A stretch of DNA of 64,000 bases, from NCBI GenBank assembly GCA_027604505.1, contig JADIIX010000009.1, positions 186,001 to 250,000 on the forward strand, given 5' to 3'. The translations under genes were made by a program, and so were the position numbers. This DNA is from Gonapodya sp. JEL0774 (lineage: Eukaryota). This document shows, one piece after another, positions 38,121-49,892 of this stretch; position 1 is the stretch's first letter; the number at the start of each line of letters is the position of its first letter. Below the pieces are notes generated by a model, which was not told where the DNA came from, searched no databases, and saw only the letters and a program-made list of their open reading frames with translations.

Positions 38121-40159
38121 TCTTCTTTTCAGACTCGTAAGCGTTGTGTGAATGCAGAGAGAGAGACCAGAGAACAGGAATGGAGGACGTGCCGGCGTTT
38201 CCCAAACGGCATGTTCAGCCGAAAACACGATCAGCCGGTGATCCCTGTTCCTACTTTCATGTCAACGAACTGAACAAACACATACGACCGCATGTTTGGG
38301 AATGCGTCTAGATGTGCTCGTATGAGAAACGGGGGCGGGTGAACGGAGGGTGGTTGCAAATTTGATTCCGTCGAATCATACTGATGTTAAAACAATGCCG
38401 AATAGGGGCACATCATTCCTTCAAACACCAATTCTATCCCACCCCACGACCTGTGCGATTGTGAAATATTCCAGAAGAAACTTGAGGCTGATTGTGTGGA
38501 CTATGGAGTGCGGTTTGGAAACAGGGACTTGGAGCCGTGGTAGTTACAGACAAAAATTGCATTGCAGCATGGAACAGAACTTTGTATGCATCGTAATCAA
38601 TGAGCACTACCCAAATCTCACACCTCTTCCATTGATTAAACAACAAAATTGGAGACGAAAAGCAAACGCAAAAGAGAGCCTTGATCTCCAAAAATCGGAA
38701 CAAAGGTGCAAGCAAAAGAAGAATGAGACGTCGCATAAAACTGTTCGAAAGGAAGCTGCGACTGACCACCGCTCGGCACTCCGGAGTCCAACTCACATTG
38801 CCGCTCCATCTTCCTTGCAGTGCCTCGCCTGCCCACCCCATCCGCCGGGCGCCGCAATCTCATCACTCCACTCTCTGGGCCCCCGTCATCCACTACATCC
38901 CTCATCTCCACGAAGTCGCAAGCAAACCTGATGCGCTCTTCGCGCTTTTTACCATGATGGTAAAAGTGCACGGCGTTCGTGAAAATGGTGTGTTTTCTGC
39001 GGCGGTTGGTTGGTGGGTGCTAAACACCAAGAAGACAACACGGGAAGCACTAGAGCAGAACACGAGTGGGCCTGCGGTGGTGGGTGTAGAGCTTATCGGG
39101 GGTTGGGAGACGTGTGTTTGTGACGGAACGGAACACTCACATGCTCATTGTCCTTGCATCCCCACTCCCCACTCCCTATGTACCTACACCAGAGTCGGAC
39201 ATTTCCTCCATCTGAGAGAACTGAAGTTTGTGTTTGTGAATGATGACGTCTTCGTTCTTGACCAGCCAGCTCTCGGCGTGTGAACTCCATCGCCACATTG
39301 GCACCAATGAGAATAGCGTTAGCACGTATTCAAAGCTGGCACAGAACGTAATTGTATTATTGTCAATATAAATCGATGACATAAATTGATGCCAAAACAT
39401 GGCGATGTAAAAGTGCTCATTTGATGGTCCTTGCGGGATTGATCACATACGGCCGCATGTGAGGCGGACAACTTCCCAACACCACACTCATAACACGCAA
39501 CGAGACTCCCGCGCATCTGTCGCTCAACACGTAGAACATTTGCGGAATGCGCGGACCGCTGGTGAGTGTCAACCTCATCGGCTCTCAAAGGTCTACAGGG
39601 TTGAGGTGGTCCAAAAAAGCTACTTTTCCGGAGCAGACCCTCGAGCACACTGGAGATGACTGCTAGAGAGGTTGCGGCGGGGAACTGTTCTTTGGGCGAG
39701 GATCGCTTTCTTCTTGTGTGCTAATTCCGCTCCATCCCCTCTCCCTCCGTCACCAGGTTCCCACCAAACCCAACAAAAACGTTAGAAAACGAATGAGGCT
39801 CCAAGCAGTCGGCTGACGTTGACCAGAGAACTGCATCAAACGTTCGGATCCTCCTGGTGCTCAAGAACAGTGGTGGATGTTTCAGGTCTAGTGGTAAGCA
39901 CAATTCAACAAGGGACTCCAGTCTTCGCGTGACCTGAGCAGTCATTACATCCACTCGTGGTCGCAGCTACATTACTGGTGAGTCTTTCTGGGACATGAGT
40001 AACCATACGGATTTGCGTGTTCGCAATCGAACATTCTCGGATCCGTCTGGCGGCAGAAGATGGTTTGTAGTACATAACACATGTACTGTAATACATTAAT
40101 GGCACTAGATCATCTTATAATATGCTGTTCTTAGGCAACGAGGATGAATGAAAGTATAA

Positions 40160-40366
40160 TACTTCACGATACTGAAGATATGACAAAGAATATATACGTA
40201 GACATTTATTTGATATACAGACTTGACTTGGTGCGAAAACACGGTGCGTTTCCGTCTTTCAGGCGTTCGAAAGATGTGTTCTCCCATCCTCCGGTTTCCC
40301 TGCGGTTAGTTCAATGTATATCAAGCACGCCCCGGGCGAGCGTTAAGGCGAAACGCCTCTCTATCT
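40160..40366 (+). repeat. Repeat segment A; inverted diverged copy at 49103-49336
   Basis: Shared blocks such as tacttcacgatactgaagatatgac, aagcacgccccgg and gttaaggcgaaacgcctctctatct occur as reverse complements in 49103-49336. Confidence 0.9.
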
Positions 40367-40676
40367 CTAGAACCTTGCCTGTCGTTACTCGTTTCACAAC
40401 CTCCAGTTGACTTACTCTTTTGACGCGGAAGCTGGTCTTGTGCCATATGATAATGAAAGTGAGTGCGAACAATAATGTGTTATTTACTCTACCTTAACAA
40501 AATGAAATTGCTTTCATCTCTTCAGAGAATTATTAATTTACTGAGTTGTGATGTTCTAGGCATGAAAGCCGTGCAAGGAACAGGGTCTTCAGTCTTCGCA
40601 AGGCACCCATTCCTCACAACCACCAACTTCACTCGAGTTTGAGTTCAAGTCTTCATCCGAATATTCCATCACCATT

Positions 40677-42259
40677 ATGTCGTCTATCGCAGTTCATCTG
40701 CCTATCCCTCTTCCTATTCAGCCCCAGGTGGTGGATGAGCCCTTCCCGTCCGTCGAGGAGATTCTGTCCGGAGTCGTCCGTCAGTGGCACGATTTCACCT
40801 TCGATGAAGGCCGTCCGCTTTTGGGCCGAGGTGGCTGTTCAGAGGGAGTCTTTCGAGTGTCCATGAAGGGAATGGAGAAAAGCCATCAACCTTGGATCGA
40901 CCTATACCACGCGATGGATCTTGGGATGGGGGACTTACCATACGCTTGCAAGATGGAAGTGGCTATTTCTTTTCTTCTCGGCAAGCACCCAAATATAATG
41001 AAAGCATACAAGGCGATGTTCCAAGGATCGCTTGTTGTTCTGGCCTCGCAGGTTGTGCCCAAGGCAATCACTTTACGACAGTTCATGAAGGAGGAAGTCA
41101 AAAGAATCCGCAAGGCCAAGCAAAAAAGTGACTTCCGTCCGTGTGAATACGAATTGCGCTTCTTCGCCATTTTCTTGCAACGTCTTGATATTCTTCGGTG
41201 GGTCATTTATTTGAAATCCAACATCGAACCGTGGTTCATCTGTTGAGTTCATCCTCCTTCTGTCCGATTGAAGGTATATTTATATGCATGGTATCGTACA
41301 TGCAGATCTCAAGCCTGAAAACTTGTTGGTCTCGATTTATCCACAGTCGGGCCTCCCTATCCTCTCGCTCATTGATTTTGGACAAAGCGTGATTGCAATC
41401 GATTTCAAGATGAGACCCCGCGGATTTTCAAGACGATATGCGTCCCCAGAAGTGCTTTGCAAAAGTGACGATATGCTTGATGGTTCGGCCTCGGACAGCT
41501 ACTCGGTTGGAGCAATCCTCCGCGAGTTTGGGGACGCAGTCCTTTCCGCACTTGACGGCGTGTCCAGCATTGATGTAACGGATAGCAGTGAGGATGACGA
41601 TTTTCAAGACGCGTGGTCGAGATTCGGCAAGATTTCCGATGTTGTCAAAGGACTCACGTTTCGAGACCCGACTGCCCGACCAAAACCCGACTCGATATAG
41701 AATTTCAGTACCGTGAAGCGTCTTCGCGATATCAAGTCTTTACGTTCTCTCAGATTGAGGGACAAGGACATTCGAGCCAGGGAGGGGCTGGACCCTCGAC
41801 CTTAGCGAAGAGTTTTTCAGCACGGTCAGCTACTGGACCATGCTGGAAACTGGTACGATCAAAGAAGCCGTTCAAGCTCTTCCTGTCGATTATCTGTCGA
41901 ACGAACCGAAATGCCGCATCCGGAACCTGGCGAAAGGTCTGCTCAAACTGATGTGGGGCACCAAGGAGGTCCTGCAAGGTACTTTCACTACTTTCGAGGA
42001 GATCTCGCGGCTTCGAGCAGGTGTTGTGGCGACAGCTCTTGACCTTCGGCCGGATTGTACGGAGCGGAGGATCGACGAGATGAGAGTGCGACGCATTCAA
42101 CGTGCGTGGAAAAATGGAGAGCTCTACGACCCCTTAAAGGATTCGTTGTTTCAATGCATAATACGACAGATGAGGGAAAGGGATTTGAAGAACCAGCTCG
42201 ACAAGTCGGAAATGGAAACGAATGATGCCGAGTGGGACGAGGCCAAGTCCGCCACCTGA
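40677..42259 (+). pseudogene. Divergent Ser/Thr protein kinase, apparently disrupted after the kinase domain
   Basis: LLGRGG, YACK, HPNI, intron about 41198-41273, HGIVHADLKPEN, IDFG, YASPE, DSYSVG, DPTARP. TAG at 41698-41700 is followed by coding-like sequence, a second TAG and a frame change into ORF 41840-42259. Could instead be an intact short kinase ending at 41700. Confidence 0.65.
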
Positions 42260-42849
42260 AAATCTGGCGGAGGCACAAAGGCTGGTACAAAGGTGTGTGG
42301 CCGTGCGCCACCAAGGTTTTTTTTTATGTATGCCTAGTACGGAGAGACTGACATTGATCTTCCTCCGACCCATACAACAGGGATTGCCATCCCGACCAAG
42401 TTGATACTGCGATCGAATTCTCGTCTGCAGCCATTCTTTCCTTATCCCCACCACTAGAACCCCAGTTTTCAAGTTCTTGCGCGCCATCAATCTTGGAATA
42501 CAAACCGAGACACGCACTGAGGTTGCACGACGTGAAGCTGGTCTTTGAGGAAACCCACCCAGTGAACATGATCTCGACGAGCACGGTGATTGAAGACGAT
42601 GTTCCATTCGAGAATAATCAAAAGCTCAGCGAAGAGTCTTGTGTGATTCTAATGTGTGTACCGGCGGCTCAGCGTGTCACAACAAGTTTGCATATCCACT
42701 TTTGTTTCTGAAACCCCGAACAATTGGGCCTCAAGAATGAAGGATGTTCATTATGTTGACGGCGAATCAGATAACCAGCAAGTCGTAGAATGCGCTCAGT
42801 CGGATCGACAAGAGAAGAGGACCGACACTTTCGAGGACAGGCCACTCGA

Positions 42850-43320
42850 GAACAAGTGCCAAACCAGTGTACCAACGGGGACTTCATTGTCTGACGACGC
42901 GGTTGGAGAGTCATCACAACTCTTCTTCATCTGGTATTCACTGAAGATGAGGAGACCAACCCAATGTTGAGAAAAAAGGAGAACGGATTCCTCAAAAGGT
43001 GCCGCAATGCTTTCAGCTGCGGGATGGCCGGATGCATGCGGATGCGACCTGAAACAACAACGAAATCTGTACGCTCCGCGGTGCGTGTGAACGGAACAGA
43101 AAGTGTCATCACACGCGACCAGGCCAGGAATTCTTGGATCCAAAAGTTGTGTAGACGTGACAAGACGGAGTGCTCTGAGCAACTTTGCCATACGGTCAAC
43201 GCCAAATCGAGGCCCACCAGCTCATGGAAGTCAAACTTTCCTGAGCAAATTGAAAATTTTCTGGTTTCGAGGCGACAAGGACCACAAGTAAAAGTCAACC
43301 GTTTCCGTTCCCTTTCAACG
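42850..43320 (+). repeat. Repeat segment B; inverted diverged copy at 49342-49892
   Basis: Shared blocks such as ggtgccgcaatgctttcagc, gccaggaattcttggatcc, cagctcatggaa, ggtttcgaggcg, caaggaccacaagtaaaa and ccgttccctttcaa occur as reverse complements in 49342-49892. Confidence 0.9.
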
Positions 43321-43690
43321 TTCTGCTTATTCATAATATCACCAAGACGGTGGCTGAAATTGAACCAGATTTCTGCCTCCACATACTTTTTTAAATCATT
43401 CTTTCTTGGATCGTTTTGTGATTTGTTGTTATGGTTGACGGGCAGATACCCATTAGTTTGCATCCACGACGCAGCCATATGTATAGTGGAGATAGAATTG
43501 TGTTATGTAAGCGTCTGAGTTCGGACGCTCCGCAAGATCTACAAAAGCAGCAGCTATCTTTTCGCAGTTGTGCGTGAGCAGGAGTGGTGTGCAACATGTG
43601 CAGAATGAGGTGGGAGAGACTAATGTACTGACAAAAATGCAATGGCTGTGGAAACATTGTCCCCATGTACTGAACTGCGGCGACTGGCTT

Positions 43691-45623
43691 TCAGTTTATT
43701 GGTGTCGGAAACAATGTCCCCTGCAAGTTCCACAATACACCCTTATCATACACATTATCCAAATCGTCCCAATTCGTTACTCGAACAGTCTCCCACTCCC
43801 CATCCACGTCGTCAATGGCCTCGTCGTGCACCGAAGGCGTCGGTGGACTCTTTGGAACATCGGCCGAGTGCGCACCCGAGGGAGTTGACGGAGGTACTGC
43901 GACGGTGGGGACAGGCGTAGACACTCGAGGGGGACGCCGATGTCTGATTTTGGTGGGTGAAGGCGACCGAATCTGGCTTGGGTTGGTCTTGGAGGGTGCC
44001 GGGGGGGCTGCAGGGTCTCGTATCTTTGGGCGGGTAATGTCTACATATCCTTGCTCCTTGATGAGATGATGGAGATCTTCCCATTTCGAGGTTTCATTCG
44101 CTGTTTTTGGCAAGAGGTTTCGTTGGTTTCGTTTGGTAGAAACAATCGTTTGGACTTTTGCTTACTCGTGATTCCCATCAAGACAAGGTAGAACTGATAC
44201 GTTCCAAAGACCGCCGCCAATATGAAAGCTAGTGCAATGAAAACAAGCAAAGCGACGAGGATAGACTCGTCACGCGACATGATCTAAAATCAGCAAGGAG
44301 GAATTGTCAGTGAGTCTCCACCAAAAACGAACAGAATGCGGAGACGAGGGCAAAACAAACTTGCACTGGCAAGTACACCAACCATCCCTACGTCGTACCA
44401 GCCGACCTTTCTTGGGGCCCCGCCCGGTGCGTCTCGAACCCACATCTCCCAAATCCTTCTTCTGAGGACCTCCCCGCGAAGAATTTCGAACACAACATAC
44501 GATCCATACACTGTGATGAACGCAGTGCATACAAGGTATGCGAGGAAATAGCGGTGGTTGTTGTGGCCAACTAGGGATGCACACGAGGCCAGGTTATCGT
44601 GGATTCGTGTGGAGGCCGATCCGTACAAGGAGAGAAGGATTACCACAATTGTTGATCCAAGCACAATGGTGGCTACAGTGCGGGTGTACATCCAGTTGCT
44701 TCGTCGACCTCGTTTCAGCAATCAAAAAAACTCACTCGTTTTTCGCGACGCAAGCTCTGCACAGAGAGCAATGCTTGGATCGTGCCGGTCTAAGATAAAT
44801 ACGTTCGAATCCGGTGTTTAATAGGCATGAACTTGAATTCGGCGAGAGAACTGCTGCGCAGTCCCACGCACTTCCACCTGCGCACATTGAGCAACTCTCC
44901 CTTGCTCGCACACGGGGCACGACATCACGACAGAAAAGTCTCAAGCAGGAGGACTCCACTCACTTTACAAAAAGGCACGTCGAGCACGTCCGAGGAGTGT
45001 ACAAAACGTAGTCGAACTCAAACACCTCGAGGCATTTAGCCACGTTTTTTGAAGTAACCTTTCCCGGATCCGAGACCGACGCCAAATAAAAGGATGCATA
45101 AGCCGAGAAAATCGTGAGCGGGATGGTCACGTATGTTTGGATGGGACCCAAGAGTGGTGTAGGCAACCGCGGGTACCCATAAACGAGGAAAACGAGCACT
45201 CCGGCAGACAAGATTGTGAAGTAGAATATCTGGATGAGTGGATGTGCCTCGGATGTGAGACAGTGGACGAGCCTGTACGCGGAGTTTGCCGCGCGAACAC
45301 CGCACACCGAGCGGAGAGCATTGCTACCAACGATCCCGCATTTCCATTTGCAAAGCCAACTCAGCGAGGTGGCCGATGCAACACTTGGTAAAAACAATGT
45401 AGTGCTCACAATCCCATCCTCCACATGCCCTGTGTCAGAAAGTCGTACACCCGAGCGACGAAGGTGTCCTTGAACTTTGGCGAGGGTCCGAACAGCATGA
45501 CAAAGAGGAAAACACATAAAAGGACGATCTCCGAGGCGACGAAGATCAGATGACCGTCCTGTTCGGTTGGAATGAATTCGATACGGGGGTATGGAATACG
45601 TGGTGTTTCGCAGTTCACACCAT
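43691..45623 (-). CDS. SWF1: DHHC palmitoyltransferase, Swf1-like
   Basis: [55 protein letters not shown] (DHHC split by an intron), TANETSKW, NVYDKGVLWNL. Probable ATG-only first coding exon at 45623-45621. Confidence 0.9.
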
Positions 45624-45993
45624 CGCGGCAAAGCGGGACGGACGCAAGCTCAGAAAGGAAGATGGCATTTGTAGCTTCATCATCGCATTGAACCAACCAT
45701 ACTGGCGACAGGTGGAAGGAGGACTTTGGCGGCACGATAACAATATTATATGAATCAGTGGAGGTGGTGAAGCAAGTATGTGAGGAGGGCTCATGACTGA
45801 TGCAACTCAACAACAATTACTCGGTGTTCGTGTATACGGAAGCGTTTACATGTCAAAATCTGATAAAATTAAAAACAGGATGAATTATAAAGGCGATGCT
45901 CTGCACCAGGCAAACCCGCCCCGTTCGACCAAACATCCCTCCGCTCGTCACCCCCGCACACCCCAACACCTTGCCCCCGCCGAACCATCAGTC

Positions 45994-48930
45994 TCACTCC
46001 CTCCGCACCCCACTCCTCACCGCCGCCACCCCCTCTCTCAACTCGCAAAACTCCACCACCTCCTTCCTCCTCCCCTCGCCAAACATCTCCCCAATCACAT
46101 CAACCACCGCCCCCGCCACGCTCACCGCCGTCCCACACACCACCCACTTGCCCGCCCTGGCCCACCCCGCCGCCTGCGCCATGGCCACCTCCTCCCTTGG
46201 CGCGCCGACCGCCACCGCGGCCTCGGACCCGCACACCACCACCGTGCCGGCCAGGTCCACCGCCGACTTCAACGTGGTGCGCAGCTCCTTGATGGCGTCG
46301 CTGACGTCTGCGGCGGAGGCCTTGGGGAGGAGGAATTCGGGGACGAAGAAAATGTCCCGGTCCGAGGGGAGGACTGGGATGCAGGACGAGGCAGGGTGTC
46401 CGCGGGGGATTTGCACGTCGCACTCGAGGATGATGTCGGCGGCGGTGCGGGCGAGAATGGGGCTTTGTGCTGGGGTGGGGAGGACGGTGGGAGGGTAGAT
46501 GTGCACGAAGTGGAACGTGAGGTCGGAAACACCTGTGGAGGGTCAGGGCCGGGGAAGGGGGTGATGCAAGAGCGGTGATTTCGGGATGTCAAGGGGGTCG
46601 GTGGAACGTGTCAATTCTTTATCCGTTTCGACTCGTCCCCTTCACCACACTGTAGGCCCCCCCCAACCACACCCCCACCCATCCCCCGACCCCAAAACTC
46701 ACACGCCGGGGCCCCAAAGCACTCGACCCCCCTCCCCAGACTCAACGCGTCCGTCCACCCCTCCACGACCACGACGTACACTGTCCGTTTCGAGGGGCGC
46801 TTCCTGCGCGCCTCGTCGATGACCGAGGGGAGGATGTACGGGGCCGCGAGACGGAGGAGGCTCGAGGAGAGGTAGGTGTACAGGCCTGGAGGGGTGGTAT
46901 GGGTGCGGATTGCGGGGGAAATATGAAGACACCAGGAGCAGAGGAATGGGGAGAACGCATGTGGTGGGGGTGGGCACGCTCTCGCACCATCCATCGCACC
47001 ACCCGCACGCAACCCCAAGGTTTTTTTCCGCTCGGCCCACCCTCATTCCCCACCATCGTACCCCGCCTCCCCGCCCGCCCCTACCCCCCCCGGCCAAACC
47101 CACCTGCGCCCCCCACGCCCTTTCCAAACTCGTCCTCGTTCCACCCCGCGGGCTTCCACCCAGCCCCGCCGACCAATCCCGCTGTATCCCTCTCGACGCT
47201 CTTGCCCCACAAGGACCTGACCAGCTCGAAGGCCATGTCGACCGCGGAGGACACGCCGGCGGACGTGACCAGACCCGAGTCGGACACGAAGCGGGCGCGG
47301 GAGACCCAGTTGGTGCGCGGGTGGGAGGGGGCAAGGTGGGGGAAGGAGGCGGTGCTGAGGTGGGGTGAAGGGTGGTGGTGGTTGTGGGATTGGAGTGTGG
47401 CGGGTGTCACAAGTGAAAGGTCCATTCGCGTTCCCCACCATCTCACCACACACCCCGCACGCAGGTGTCACATGTGAACGGTCCATTCGCGTTCCCCACC
47501 ATCCCACCACACACCCCGCACGCAGGTGTCACATGTGAACGGTCCATTCGCGTTCCCCACCATCCCACCACACACCCCGCACGCGGGTGTCACATGTGAG
47601 CGGTCCATTCGCGTTCCCCACAATCCGACCACACCACCCTGCACCCCACCCCACCCGCTCACCTCGTCGTGGCACTCCTATGCTCCAAAAGACCCGCGTT
47701 GGCAAGTATGCCGGCGCCGGAGGAGACCGAGGTGACGAACTTTGGCAGTGAGCGGCGGCGGGTGGGTGGGTGGGTGGAGAAGGGGGTGGTGAGTTTGTGA
47801 GTGGAGAGCCCGTCGGGCGTGCGGCACGCGAAGTAACGTTTCTCGGTACCCCGTCGGGACGTGCGTGCGTGTGTGGTGCAGTCACCGTTTGTCCGGAATG
47901 TGTGGGCGCGCGCACCGACAATCCCCTTTCCTTTCCTTTCCCCTTCCCCGTGTTCCGCGCTGCCCACACCACCACCACCACCACCACCTGCCCCCGACCC
48001 CGACCACCACCGCCCGACCGCGACCGCCCCAACGGATGCTACCCACCTTGGCCCCCGGGGCGACCCTTTTGAGAAACTCCATCATGGCCGGGTTGGACGA
48101 CTCGATGAGGGAGGAGAAGCCGCCACTTAGGTGGGGTGCGGGTGCGGGTGGGGGTGGGGCGCGGTGTGGAGTGAGTGAGGTGGTGGTGAGTTGCGAGACC
48201 ACAGAACCATCTGCGCGCCGCGCGCCTGCGCCCCAACTCACGGCACCACCAACACATCCACCCTAACGACCTCGTCCCACGTGCAATCAGGCACCACTGC
48301 GATTCCCTGAGCGGACCTGGCCAGCCGCTTGTGCTGGGCGGCCAGGGAGATGCGGGCGGTGGGGGGGGCGGGGAGGGTGGAGGTGGAATGGGAATGGGAA
48401 GTGCGATGGGCGATGTGGGAGGCGCGGTGGAGGATGGAGAGGGGGGCGAGGAGGGATCTTGAAGGGGTTGGGGGGGTTGGGTGTGAGAGTGAAAGGGGGA
48501 ATGGGTACAAGGGAAGTGAATTGGCAATGCGGGGACAGACGTACTCTGTTTCCCATCCGTCGCTGGAGATGTGGAGGTGGGGGGTTGGGGGAGGGAAGAA
48601 GGGAGCGGTGGAGCGATGGAGCAGGGGGGGTGTGATGGTGGGGAGGATGGAGGAGAGGAGGGAGGGGTCAGCAAGGCGTCACCCTTCATGCATGCGCATC
48701 CGGGCAAGGCAACCAAGTGGGAAAAACAGGGAATAGAATACGGACTAGAGCACTCCGACGATTTCGAGAGTGGGATTGCCTGTGCCTGTGGTGTCTGAGT
48801 CGACAGGGATGGGGATGGGTGTGTGGTTGGACTTGGAGTTGGACCCAAGATTGGAGGTGGAGTTGGAACGGGAAGTGGAGCGGGAACTGGAACTGGGGTT
48901 GGAGATGGGAACGGGGGGGCGGGTCACCAT
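45994..48930 (-). CDS. Tandem DJ-1/PfpI (class I glutamine amidotransferase-like) domain protein
   Basis: Spliced LEIVGVL-YDGWET, SAQGIAVVPD...VDVLVVP-GG, FVTSVSSGAGILANAGLLEHRSATT, RARFVSDSGLVTSAGVSSAVDMAFELVRSLWG; then a second degenerate copy ending GKWVVCGTAVSVAGAVVDVIGEMFGE. Confidence 0.8.
47404..47642. repeat. Intronic minisatellite, 61 bp unit, about 4 copies
   Basis: Unit gtgtcacatgtgaacggtccattcgcgttccccaccatcccaccacacaccccgcacgcag starts at 47404, 47465, 47526 and 47587 with few substitutions. Confidence 0.95.
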
Positions 48931-49102
48931 CGATGCGATGCCACTGGGCGGGTGGAGGGGTGGAGGACTCGGTTTCCTTGAAATGGAAAGAGTGCGGTGG
49001 ACAGCGAACAACCCCGTTCACGTCATCCAAAGGCTTTTCAGATCACACCGATTGCTTGGTTTACTCTTTGAACTCGGCCACAGTGGAATATTTAATTAGT
49101 TA

Positions 49103-49892
49103 AGATAGAGAGGCGTTTCGCCTTAACGCGCTCCCCGCCGCGCCGGGGCGTGCTTGCCGATATATATTACATGTCACGGAAAAGACCGAGGGACAACTCA
49201 ACTTTTCGAACGCTTGAAAACGACGGAAAACGCACTGTTGCTTTTGTCGTACCAAGTCTGGTCTGTATATCATATCAATGAATGTCTGAATGTCTTTGTA
49301 TGTATTCTTACGTCATATCTTCAGTATCGTGAAGTACACGGCATTGAAAGGGAACGGAAAACGGTGCGTTTTACTTGTGGTCCTTGCCGCCTCGAAACCA
49401 CAAGTTTTGCAAGCTGCTCGCTCGACAAATTCGGGTTTCCATGAGCTGGGGGGCCTCGATTTGGCGCTCAGCGGATGGATCGCAAAAAAGTTGCTCAGAG
49501 CGCTCGCTCCATCTTGTCATGTCTGCAAAAACCCTTTTGGGATCCAAGAATTCCTGGCCCGGTGCGCGGTCGCGTGTCGCGTGCGATGACAGTTTCTGTT
49601 CCCGTTCAAACGTCCCCCGACCGAGGGGGAAAAGTTTCGTTGTTTGTTGTTTTCAGGCCGCCGCATCCCGCATGCGGCATCCGGCCATATTACCGTTGCT
49701 GAAAGCATTGCGGCACCTTGTGCGGAATCCCTCGTGCTTCTTTTTCAACAAATTGGGTTGGTCTCCTCGTTGGTCTTCTCTGAACACCAGATGAGGAAGA
49801 GGTGTGGTGACTCTGGGTGACTCTCTCCGTCAACCGCATCCGTCAGAGAATGAAAGTTCCCGTTGGTACGGTACACTTGTTTGGTACTTGCT
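49103..49892 (-). repeat. Fused B-A repeat copy (tail-to-head junction of the 40160-43320 segment ends)
   Basis: 49103-49336 matches revcomp of 40160-40366; 5 nt spacer cacgg; 49342-49892 matches revcomp of about 42850-43320; rich in small insertions. Confidence 0.88.

Noticed and set aside
38300..40100. Possible decayed kinase-like or other gene fragments (ESWLVKNEDVII..., VLSDGGNVRLWC)
   Set aside because: No HRD/DFG or other diagnostic motif and no consistent exon chain could be built; resemblance too weak to call.
42927..43518. Opposing 183/184 aa ORFs in repeat B as a transposase or recombinase
   Set aside because: No DDE, tyrosine-recombinase, RT or HUH motifs recognised, and the frames are not preserved in the second copy.
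47404..47642. Regularly spaced repeats as a CRISPR array
   Set aside because: Units are contiguous and near-identical with no unique spacers; eukaryotic intron; no cas genes.
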